From Solirubrobacteraceae bacterium (GTDB lineage Bacteria; Actinomycetota; Thermoleophilia; Solirubrobacterales; Solirubrobacteraceae), in assembly GCA_036491155.1 (NCBI GenBank), contig DASXCN010000197.1, positions 1 to 39,110 on the forward strand: a stretch of 39,110 nt of DNA, given 5' to 3'. The stretch's first letter is position 1; every line of letters begins with the position of its first letter. The notes below the pieces were generated by a model that made no database searches, was not told the origin of the DNA, and was given only the letters and a program-made list of their open reading frames with translations. A program made the translations under genes and the position numbers. Shown piece by piece: positions 21,415 to 30,894 of this stretch.

Positions 21415-21444
21415 TCGAAACCTTGACACATCCGTGGTAAGGTT
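21415..21444 (+). promoter_or_regulatory. Promoter (TCGAAA-N17-TAAGGT, extended -10 TG) overlapped by a 26-bp inverted repeat operator
   Basis: aaccttgacac-atcc-gtggtaaggtt (21419-21444) has 9/11 arm symmetry. It lies directly upstream of the MerR GTG at 21454. Confidence 0.65.
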
Positions 21445-21453
21445 GGGCCCACG

Positions 21454-21813
21454 GTGCAGTCTCTGACCATCAACGAAGCCGCCGCGACGACCGGTTGGTC
21501 GCCGCGCATGCTTCGTTACGTCGAGCAGACGGGCCTGGTGGCGCCCAATCGGTCGCCTGCCGGATACCGGCTGTACGGCGCCGCCGAGCTGCAGCGCCTG
21601 CGCACGCTCAAGGAACTGCTGGGGCAGTTCGACGTGTCGCTGTCAGACGTCGCGTTCGCGCAGCGGCTGGCCGGTGACCGCGACCTGCGCGAGTCGGTGC
21701 AGGCCTGGCTGAGCGCGCAGGCACGGCGGCCGGAGAACGTCCACTCCGAGGAGTGGCTGCGCTTCGAGCAGGAGAAGCACGAGCGCCTGCTCGCTGCGGC
21801 GGCCGCGGCGTAG
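21454..21813 (+). CDS. Short MerR-family transcriptional regulator (119 aa, no Cys, no effector domain)
   Basis: [38 protein letters not shown] is the MerR HTH and wing. Confidence 0.9.
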   Translation: MQSLTINEAAATTGWSPRMLRYVEQTGLVAPNRSPAGYRLYGAAELQRLRTLKELLGQFDVSLSDVAFAQRLAGDRDLRESVQAWLSAQARRPENVHSEEWLRFEQEKHERLLAAAAAA

Positions 21814-21886
21814 ACATCGGCCGCCCCCGCAGGCGGCGACTCACACCTTGAACCACATAACGAGCAACGAGCCTGGAGAGACAAGC

Positions 21887-23338
<1,452 letters not shown>

Positions 23339-23368
23339 GGGACATCACCAACGGGGGCCGGTACGGGG

Positions 23369-24649
23369 ATGGCGCGCGCCGCGCTTGGACCGCACGACGT
23401 CGCTGACCTGACGCTGGCCCCCGAGGGTGAGCTGAGGATCGACTGGGCGGCCGGGCAGATGGCCGTGCTCGCCCAGATCCGGACGCGGTTTGCCGCCGAG
23501 CGGCCCCTGGAGGGCATCCGCGTGGCGGCGTGCCTGCACGTCACCGCGGAGACGGCCAACCTCGTCCGCACGCTGAGCGCGGGCGGCGCCACGGTGGCGC
23601 TGTGCTCGGCCAACCCGCTCTCGGCCCAGGACGACGTCGCCGCGGCGCTCGTCGTGGCGGACGGGGTGGAGGTCCGGGCGCGGCGCGGTGAGGACCTCGA
23701 CACCTATGTCGAGCACGTCCTGGCCCTGCTGGGTCCCTCTGACGGTCCCGGTCCGCAGATCACCCTCGATGACGGTGCCGACCTGCTCGCCACCGCGCAC
23801 GCCCGCGGGGGAGCGGTCCTGGACGGGCTGATCGGCGGCACCGAGGAGACCACCACCGGCCTGGTGCGCCTGCGCCGGCTCCAGGAGGAGGGGACGCTGC
23901 GCTGCCCCGTGCTGGCCGTCAACGAGGCCCGGACCGAGCGGGCGCTCAACGATCGCCACGGCACCGGTCAGTCGGCGCTGGACGGGATCGTGCGCGCGTC
24001 CAACGTGCTGTTGGCGGGCAACACCATTGTCGTCGTCGGCTACGGCTGGGCCGGTCTCGGGGTGGCTGAGCGGGCCCGCGGGGCGGGGGCCGCGGTCATC
24101 GTCTGCGAGATCGACCCGCTGCGCGCACTCGAGGCGCGGATGGCGGGCTACGAGGTCATGCCGGCACTCGAGGCCGCCGAGCGCGGCGACATCTTCATCA
24201 CCGTCAGCGGCTCGCGCCGGGTTCTGCGCGGCGAGCATTTCGAGCGCATGAAGGACGGCGCCCTGCTGGCCAACGCCGGTCACTTCGACGTCGAGGTTGA
24301 CCTGGGGGAGCTCTCGGCGCTGGCCACCGGCGGGCACCGTGCCGTGCGGCCGCTGGTGGAGGAATACCGCCTGGCGGACGGACGGCGGATCAACCTGCTG
24401 GCTCATGGCCGCGTTGTCAACCTGGCCGCCGCCGAGGGCCATCCGGCGGCGGTGATGGATGTCTCCTTCGCCCTGCAAGCGCTGAGCGTCGAGCAGCTCG
24501 TCGTCGACCGGGGCCGGCTGGCGCCGGGCGTGCACGCGGTGTCAGCCGACGTGGACCGCGAGGTGGGGCGGCTCAAGCTCGCGTCGCTCGGGGTCCGCAT
24601 CGACCAGCCGACCCCCGAGCAGCAGGACTACCGCCAGTCCTGGACGTGA
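23369..24649 (+). CDS. Adenosylhomocysteinase paralog (short type) with substituted catalytic residues
   Basis: CLHVTAETA, NPLSAQD, DDGAD, EETTTG, GYGWAG, GHFD and GHP are retained. VNEARTERALNDRHG replaces VND..TK..FDN.YG. ORF is intact at 426 aa. Confidence 0.9.
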   Translation: MARAALGPHDVADLTLAPEGELRIDWAAGQMAVLAQIRTRFAAERPLEGIRVAACLHVTAETANLVRTLSAGGATVALCSANPLSAQDDVAAALVVADGVEVRARRGEDLDTYVEHVLALLGPSDGPGPQITLDDGADLLATAHARGGAVLDGLIGGTEETTTGLVRLRRLQEEGTLRCPVLAVNEARTERALNDRHGTGQSALDGIVRASNVLLAGNTIVVVGYGWAGLGVAERARGAGAAVIVCEIDPLRALEARMAGYEVMPALEAAERGDIFITVSGSRRVLRGEHFERMKDGALLANAGHFDVEVDLGELSALATGGHRAVRPLVEEYRLADGRRINLLAHGRVVNLAAAEGHPAAVMDVSFALQALSVEQLVVDRGRLAPGVHAVSADVDREVGRLKLASLGVRIDQPTPEQQDYRQSWT

Positions 24650-24691
24650 CGGCGCTCCGCGCGCCGTGCGTGAGCCGCACCCCTTGCGGGG

Positions 24692-24697
24692 TAGGCT
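24692..24697 (+). promoter_or_regulatory. -10 hexamer TAGGCT, 9 nt before the ROK ATG (probable leaderless promoter)
   Basis: TANNNT pattern, with no SD before ATG 24707. Confidence 0.45.
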
Positions 24698-24706
24698 GCT
24701 TCACAA

Positions 24707-25672
24707 ATGAGTGACAACGGCCAGTTGCGCGGCGGGATCGACCTCGGCGGCACCAAGATCGAGGCCATCATCGTCGACGCAGACAATCAGGTTCTCGGCC
24801 AGTCACGCGAGCCGACCCCGACCGACGGCGGGCCGGCCGACGTGGCCAAGCAGATGGCCGAGGCGATGAGCGGGGCGGCGAAGGCTGCGAGCGTGGAGCC
24901 CTCGACCTTGCGCGGGATCGGCGTGGGCTCACCCGGCGACGTCGACGACAGCGCCGGCACGGTGGCCAACGCCCGGAACCTGCCCAACTGGATCGAGCCC
25001 TTCGAGCTTGCCGCGGCGCTGTCGGAGCGCCTTGGCGCGACCGTGCACTTGGGCAACGACGTCCAGGTGGCGACCCAGGCCGAGTTCCGGCTCGGGGCCG
25101 GCAAGCCCTATGACTCCGTGCTCGGAGTGTTCTGGGGAACCGGCGTGGGCGGCGGGATCATCCTCAACGGCGAGCCGTGGCGGGGGCGCGGGGGCGCGGG
25201 GGAGATCGGCCACACCGTCGTGGAGCAGGGCGGTGCGCGGTGCGGGTGCGGGCGGCGCGGCTGCCTGGAGGCCTACGCGGGCCGGGGTTCGATGGAGGCC
25301 CGCGCGCGGCGCGAGGTCGACAAGGGCGCCAAGACCGAACTGTTCAAGCTCATGAAGCAGCGCGGCCGTAGCCGTCTGACCAGCTCGATCTGGGCCAACG
25401 CCCTGCAGCAGGAGGATCCGCTGGCCACCGAGCTCATCGACCGGGCCGTCCAGGCGCTCGGCACGGGGATCGCCTCTGCGGTCAACCTCCTCGATGTCGA
25501 GGCAGTGATCATCGGTGGCGGTCTGGGCGTCCGTTTCGGAGATCCGATGGTCGAGCGGATCATCACCGAGATGCATCCCCATCTCTTCAACGACTCGCGT
25601 CCGCCCGCCGTCCGGGTGGCCGGGCTCGGGGACAAGGGCGGCGCCATCGGGGCAGCCCTGCTTGTGGGCTGA
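24707..25672 (+). CDS. ROK-family sugar kinase (glucokinase-like)
   Basis: GIDLGGTKI, GSPG, GNDV, GTGVGGG, GEIGH and the Zn motif CGCGRRGCLEAY. No N-terminal HTH. Confidence 0.92.
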   Translation: MSDNGQLRGGIDLGGTKIEAIIVDADNQVLGQSREPTPTDGGPADVAKQMAEAMSGAAKAASVEPSTLRGIGVGSPGDVDDSAGTVANARNLPNWIEPFELAAALSERLGATVHLGNDVQVATQAEFRLGAGKPYDSVLGVFWGTGVGGGIILNGEPWRGRGGAGEIGHTVVEQGGARCGCGRRGCLEAYAGRGSMEARARREVDKGAKTELFKLMKQRGRSRLTSSIWANALQQEDPLATELIDRAVQALGTGIASAVNLLDVEAVIIGGGLGVRFGDPMVERIITEMHPHLFNDSRPPAVRVAGLGDKGGAIGAALLVG

Positions 25673-25722
25673 CCGCCTCCGGCCTCCGCGTCCATCCCGG
25701 CGCATCGGCACGGCGAGAAACC

Positions 25723-25728
25723 TATAAT
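25723..25728 (+). promoter_or_regulatory. Consensus -10 box TATAAT upstream of the secreted-protein pair
   Basis: Perfect TATAAT in a very GC-rich context, about 90 nt upstream of ATG 25819. Confidence 0.55.
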
Positions 25729-25818
25729 TCCAAGCGTCGTCTTACCGGAGTTCGGAGCGTCTCGGCGGACCGGACGATTACGGCATCGAGGCTTGCAGTG
25801 AGCGAGGAGAAGCGGGTC

Positions 25819-27501
25819 ATGTCGAAGGGCATACGGCGGGTCGCGTTGATGAGTGCTGTCGTGGCGTGCGGACTTGTGGCGCTGGCACCGAGCGCGGAGG
25901 CGGCGATCACCCCGGCGATCAGCCTCGACCAGAGCGCGGGCAAGACGGCGGGATCGACGGCCAATCTCGGAGTCGATCTCACCTTCGCTCCCAGTGGCAG
26001 CGACTCGCCCGATCACATGACCCTCAACCTTCCGCCGGGGCTGCTGGCGAATGCCTCGGTCAACGGGGGCTCGTGCCTGACCACCGCCGATCTCAATGAC
26101 AGTGCCTGCGAGGTGGGCAGCGGCGTCGTCACGGCCGACGCCTTTGGCACCGTTCCGATCCCCACCAGCGTGACGTTTGACCTCGTTCCGCCGCCCGCCC
26201 CGGGGGACCTCGCAGGGCTGGCCGTCAACAGCAACGGGACCCAGGTGGGCTCCACCGCCGATATCAAGGTCCGCCCGTCAGGCGACCCCAACGGCGTGGG
26301 CGTGACGATCCAGTTCGTGCTGCCCAACTCGCTGGACGGCGTCCCGATCTCGATCCACGAGATCTCAAGCACCTTCGACGGTCTGCGCTATCCGACGACC
26401 TGCCCCTCGACCGCCCAGACCTTCAGCGTCGCCGCCGACTCCTACAGCGACCCGACGGTCAAGAGCGCCAGCGCTCCGCTCCCGGTGACGGGCTGTTCCG
26501 GGTTGCCGTACTCACCGACGTTCGCGGTGACGGCGACGCGCGACAGCAACGACCAGCAGGTCACGGTCGTCACCAACGTCACGCAGAGCGCGAGCGAGGC
26601 GCCCAGCCGCTCGGTGGCGCTCGCGCTGCCCTTCGCTCAGCTGCGGCCGAGCCTCGCCGGGCTGCAGCGGCTGTGCCTGAACCTCGCGAGCGGCACATGC
26701 ACTCCAGTCGGCTCCGTGACCGCCGCCTCGCCCCTGTACCCCAAGGCGCTCACCGGGCAGGCGTACCTCACGGGCTCTGTGACCAGCCTGACCCTGACGT
26801 TGGTGTTCCCGGCACCGTTCCCCCTCACGCTCGTCGGTTCGGTGAACCTCCTCTCCAACGTGACCACCTTCACCGGCCTGCCCGACATCCCGCTGACCAG
26901 CCTGCAGGTGAAGCTCGACGGCGGGGCCAATGGCCTGTTCGGGACCCTCTGCAAGGCCCCCTCGGGGACGGCCCACGCGACGCTGACCGATCAGAACGGG
27001 GACAAGACGGTCACGGCCCCGGCGGACTTCACGATCGCCGGCTGCCCGGCGTCTGCAGGCGGCACCCCGTCGGGCACGGGGAGCCCGCAGCTGAGCGGGG
27101 CCAGCGCGAAGGGGCTCGCCTCCGGCCATCCCTCCCTGAGCTTCCGGGTGAAGGTGGCCAAGGGGGCGGCCAAGCTCAAGGCGCTCACGGTCGACCTCCC
27201 GCGCGGGCTGAGCATCATGACCCACCGGGCCGGCCACAAGCTGACGATCCGAGGCGTGAAGGTGCGAGGCGGCGCGATCAAGTCGCTGTCGAAGTCGCAC
27301 GGACACCTCGTCATCACGCTGAAACGGGCGGTGTCGGGCGCGGCGGTGACCCTGACCGGCAAGGCGCTCGCTGAGAGCGCTTCGCTGCGCTCCCAGGCCA
27401 GCCATCACAAGCTCAAGCACCTGCCGCTCACCGTCATCGCGCAGAACGCAAAGGGACGGCGCACGACCATCCGCGTCACGGTCACTCACCTCGGCCTGTA
27501 G
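25819..27501 (+). CDS. Secreted protein, paralog A: two tandem Cys-containing beta domains plus a basic C-terminal domain
   Basis: Sec signal (MSKGIRRVALMSAVVACGLVALAPSAEA). Internal duplication around LPPGLLANA..C..C.VGS / LALP..L.P..C..C..VGS, joined by GCSGLPYSP. K/R/H-rich C-terminus. GAGGAG SD. Confidence 0.85.
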   Translation: MSKGIRRVALMSAVVACGLVALAPSAEAAITPAISLDQSAGKTAGSTANLGVDLTFAPSGSDSPDHMTLNLPPGLLANASVNGGSCLTTADLNDSACEVGSGVVTADAFGTVPIPTSVTFDLVPPPAPGDLAGLAVNSNGTQVGSTADIKVRPSGDPNGVGVTIQFVLPNSLDGVPISIHEISSTFDGLRYPTTCPSTAQTFSVAADSYSDPTVKSASAPLPVTGCSGLPYSPTFAVTATRDSNDQQVTVVTNVTQSASEAPSRSVALALPFAQLRPSLAGLQRLCLNLASGTCTPVGSVTAASPLYPKALTGQAYLTGSVTSLTLTLVFPAPFPLTLVGSVNLLSNVTTFTGLPDIPLTSLQVKLDGGANGLFGTLCKAPSGTAHATLTDQNGDKTVTAPADFTIAGCPASAGGTPSGTGSPQLSGASAKGLASGHPSLSFRVKVAKGAAKLKALTVDLPRGLSIMTHRAGHKLTIRGVKVRGGAIKSLSKSHGHLVITLKRAVSGAAVTLTGKALAESASLRSQASHHKLKHLPLTVIAQNAKGRRTTIRVTVTHLGL

Positions 27502-27519
27502 TCAAAAGGAGCATCGGGC

Positions 27520-29304
27520 ATGCGCTACATCGTCTCTCGCCTCGCGACCGCGGCGGCGGTCATCGTGGGGGTCCTGTCGCTCGCACCCGTGGCCGGCGCC
27601 TCGATCACCCCGTCGCTCAGCCTCAACCAGAGCGCCGGACACGCGGCTGGGTCGACGGCGAACCTCGGACTGGACCTGAAGTTCACCGACACGGGAACGG
27701 ACTCACCGCACAACCTCACGATCAACCTGCCGCCGGGGCTGCTGGCCAATGCGTCGATAAATGGCGGGTCCTGCATCAAGACCACCAACACGTCGGGGAC
27801 CGCGTGCGAGGTTGGCAGCGGGACGGTGACCGCCACGCCGAACGTCCTCATCGGGGTGCCCGTACCGGTCCCGGTCCCCGCCACCTTCTACCTGGTGCCT
27901 CCACCGAAGGCCGGGGACCTGGCGGGCTTGACGGTGATCGGGAACGTCGCCGGCGTCAACGAGCAACTTGGCTCGACCGGCGACATCCGGGTGCGGCCGA
28001 CCGGGGATCCGCAGGGGGTCGGGGTCACGATCGGCCTCGTCCTGCCGAACACACTGCCGGGTCTTTCGCTCCCGGGCGTGACGATCTCGGTGACCGAGAT
28101 CAACAGCACCTTCGACAAGCTGCGCTACCCGGCGACCTGCCCGTCGGCGCCGGCGCAGCTCACCGCGTCGGTCGACTCCTACGACGACACCGCCCTTCAC
28201 GGCCTGAGCGCGCCGCTGTCGGTGACCGGATGCTCCGCGCTCCCGTTCTCGCCGGGGTTCAAGGTCAGCGCGACCCAGGACAGCGGCGACCGGCAGGTGA
28301 AGCTCGCCACCACCGTGACCCAGGCGGCCAATGAGGCGCCGAGTCGCTCAGTGTCGCTGGCCTTCCCGACGGCGACGCTGGCGCCCAACCTCGCGTCGAT
28401 CCAGGCGCTCTGCCTCAACCTGGCCTCCGGCACCTGCCAGCAGGTTGGCTCGGCGAGCGCGACCTCGCCGCTGTACCCGGCCACCCTCACCGGCAAGGCC
28501 TACCTGACGGGATCCTCGAGCGGGTTGTCGCTGACGCTCGTATTCCCGTCGCCGTTTCCACTCACGCTCACCGGCGCGGTCGATCTGCTCCACAACGCCG
28601 CGACCTTCAGCGGCCTGCCCGACATCCCGCTCACCAACCTCGGGGTGAGCCTCAACGGAGGCGCCCAGGGGCTCTTCCTGTCGACGTGCGCCACGCCCTC
28701 CGGCACCGCCACGGCCACCCTGACCGACCAGAACGGCGACAAGACCGCCAAGGTTCCGGCCGCCTTTGCCGTCTCGGGCTGCCCGGGAGTGAACGGTCAG
28801 CCGGGCGGGGGTGGATCGGGCGCGGGAGGGAGCGGCTCGCCGGGCACCGGTGGCGCCGGCAACAACGGCTCCTCCTCAAGCGGCGTCACCGTCGGCCACA
28901 CGAAGCTCAGCCGCGGCCGGTTCTCGGGCCTGCGAAGCGGCCACCCTGCGCTCAGCTTCAAGGTGAGCGTGACCCGCGGCGCGGCCAAGCTCCGGGCGCT
29001 GACCGTGACCCTGCCGGCGGGAGTGTCCTTCATCGCCCACGGCCACCGGCCGACGCACGTCACGGTCCGGGGTGCGAAGGTCAAATCGCTCTCGCTCTCT
29101 CACGGGCGCCTGGTGATCAGCCTGGCCAGGGCGGTCTCGGCCCTCACCGTCTCGATCGGTCGTGGGGGATTGGGCGAGACCCGCTCGCTGCGCACCAAGG
29201 TCTCCAAGCACCGGGTGCGGACGCTGGGGCTCACGATCGCCGCCCAGAACACGAAGGCGCAGCGCACCATCGTTCGCGCCCGCATCACCGACCTCGCGGG
29301 GTGA
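27520..29304 (+). CDS. Secreted protein, paralog B, same architecture with a Gly/Ser-rich linker
   Basis: Signal peptide. Colinear with paralog A (NLPPGLLANAS, LRYP.TCPS, EAPSRSV, SPLYP..LTG.AYLTGS, GLPDIPLT, TLTDQNGDKT). AAAGGAG SD. Confidence 0.88.
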   Translation: MRYIVSRLATAAAVIVGVLSLAPVAGASITPSLSLNQSAGHAAGSTANLGLDLKFTDTGTDSPHNLTINLPPGLLANASINGGSCIKTTNTSGTACEVGSGTVTATPNVLIGVPVPVPVPATFYLVPPPKAGDLAGLTVIGNVAGVNEQLGSTGDIRVRPTGDPQGVGVTIGLVLPNTLPGLSLPGVTISVTEINSTFDKLRYPATCPSAPAQLTASVDSYDDTALHGLSAPLSVTGCSALPFSPGFKVSATQDSGDRQVKLATTVTQAANEAPSRSVSLAFPTATLAPNLASIQALCLNLASGTCQQVGSASATSPLYPATLTGKAYLTGSSSGLSLTLVFPSPFPLTLTGAVDLLHNAATFSGLPDIPLTNLGVSLNGGAQGLFLSTCATPSGTATATLTDQNGDKTAKVPAAFAVSGCPGVNGQPGGGGSGAGGSGSPGTGGAGNNGSSSSGVTVGHTKLSRGRFSGLRSGHPALSFKVSVTRGAAKLRALTVTLPAGVSFIAHGHRPTHVTVRGAKVKSLSLSHGRLVISLARAVSALTVSIGRGGLGETRSLRTKVSKHRVRTLGLTIAAQNTKAQRTIVRARITDLAG

Positions 29305-29546
29305 CGTTGCTCTAAGCGGTGGACTAGAGCCAGCCTCCCAACCGGCCCTCGGGGGCCGCAAAGGGGATAGTTTTCCCTCGGTTGACGAGGCCCGGTGGCG
29401 ATGCGTGGCCGCCGGCTCTGGCAGGATGCCAACCGCGCAGCGTCGATGACTCTGGCGCGTAGGAGGAGGAGGAGAGCCACATCGGCCCGCACGAGAGCAC
29501 GACAGGAGGTCCCGGAGGGCGGCCCGCTTCGGTTAGCGAGGAGCTC

Positions 29547-30890
29547 GTGGGCGGAGGCTCGCCCCGGTCGAGCGTCGCTGCGCGCGTCGGCGCCCTCGGT
29601 GCCCTCGCCCTCGCCCTCGTCGTGGTCGGGGTGCTCATCCTGGGCGGCGGCTCGAGCTATTCGCTGAGCGCCGACTTCCAGAACGCGAGTGGACTGGTTA
29701 AGGGCGACAACGTCCTGATTGGGCCCGCGGCGGTGGGAACGATCAATTCCATCGGCCTCACCCGCAACGGCGAGGCGCGGGTGGGAATGACCCTGCGCGG
29801 CGGCGTGGGGCCCATGCACCAGGGCACGGTCGCGCGCATCGTCGAGGATTCGCTGTCGGGGATCGCCAGCAGGTACGTCGAGCTCGAGCCGGGGCCCAGC
29901 CCGGCGCCCACCATCGACGACGGCGGGGTGATCACCGCCACCCACACCTACTCTGAGGTCAACATCGACCAGCTGTTCGACACCTTCGATCCGCTCACGC
30001 GAGCGGGCCTGAAGGGCTTCATCCGCGGCGAGGCCGCGTCGCTGCAGGGCCGCGGCCTTCAAGCCAACCAGGCCCTGAAGTACCTGGCGCCCGGGCTGCA
30101 GACCACCAGCCAGCTGACCGCCGAGCTCACGCGCGACCAGCCCACCTTCGATCAGCTCGTTGTCCAGGGGGCCAATGCGCTCAGTGCCCTGGCTTCGCGC
30201 AGCGGCCAGCTCACCCAGCTGATCGCCAACACCAGCACGGCGACAGGAGCGATCGCCCGCCAGAGCCAGTCGTTGCAGCAGGCGCTCGGCCTGTTGCCGG
30301 GGACCCTGCGCCAGGCGACCACCACGTTCACCGGCCTGCAGACGACGCTGGACAAGCTCGACCCGCTCGTCGCCGCGTCCAAGCCGGCGGTCCGCCAGCT
30401 GCCTCAGTTCCTGGCCTCGCTGCACAAGGTGATCGACGCCGGGATCCCGACGATCGGAGCCCTGAACGATCTCATCCACAACCCCTCGGGCGGCGGCGAC
30501 CTCACCTCGCTGGCGGAGGCGACGCCCGCCCTGGCCCGGATCGCGGACACCGCCTTCCCCGAGATGATCCGCCAGCTCAACGACTCCGAGAACCAGGTGG
30601 AGTACCTGCGCAACTTCACGCCCGACGTGGTCGGCGCGCTCACCAACCTCGGCCAGGCGAGCGCGTACTTCGACGCCAACGGCCACTACGTCCGTACCCA
30701 ACCCGCCCTGTTCCCGTTCGGGCTGGACTCCAACAACGAGCTGACCACGCAGTTCCCGTCCCAGCGCTTCGACGGCCTCAAGGCCGTGCGCACCCGCTGC
30801 CCGGGGGCGGCGTCCCAGGCAACCCCCGACGGCTCGGCGCCGCAGTCGGTGCCCGGCTGCAGCACAAGCGACGTGCCCCCGGGACCGTGA
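29547..30890 (+). CDS. Mce/MlaD family protein 1 of 6
   Basis: N-terminal TM, MlaD domain (ADFQNASGLVKGDNV.IG..VG.I..I, YVELEPG), long helical region and FDANGHYVR. GAGGAG SD. Confidence 0.9.
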   Translation: MGGGSPRSSVAARVGALGALALALVVVGVLILGGGSSYSLSADFQNASGLVKGDNVLIGPAAVGTINSIGLTRNGEARVGMTLRGGVGPMHQGTVARIVEDSLSGIASRYVELEPGPSPAPTIDDGGVITATHTYSEVNIDQLFDTFDPLTRAGLKGFIRGEAASLQGRGLQANQALKYLAPGLQTTSQLTAELTRDQPTFDQLVVQGANALSALASRSGQLTQLIANTSTATGAIARQSQSLQQALGLLPGTLRQATTTFTGLQTTLDKLDPLVAASKPAVRQLPQFLASLHKVIDAGIPTIGALNDLIHNPSGGGDLTSLAEATPALARIADTAFPEMIRQLNDSENQVEYLRNFTPDVVGALTNLGQASAYFDANGHYVRTQPALFPFGLDSNNELTTQFPSQRFDGLKAVRTRCPGAASQATPDGSAPQSVPGCSTSDVPPGP

Positions 30891-30894
30891 GAGC

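Noticed and set aside
21814-21886. Possible SAH riboswitch upstream of ahcY
   Set aside because: The conserved GAGGAGCG..UGC and AGGCUC elements are not present in order on the sense strand. Only a reverse-complement ccaggctc fragment is present.
23369-24649. Calling ahcY2 a pseudogene
   Set aside because: The ORF is full length with no stops or frameshifts, has GC-rich third positions, and retains most ligand-binding motifs.
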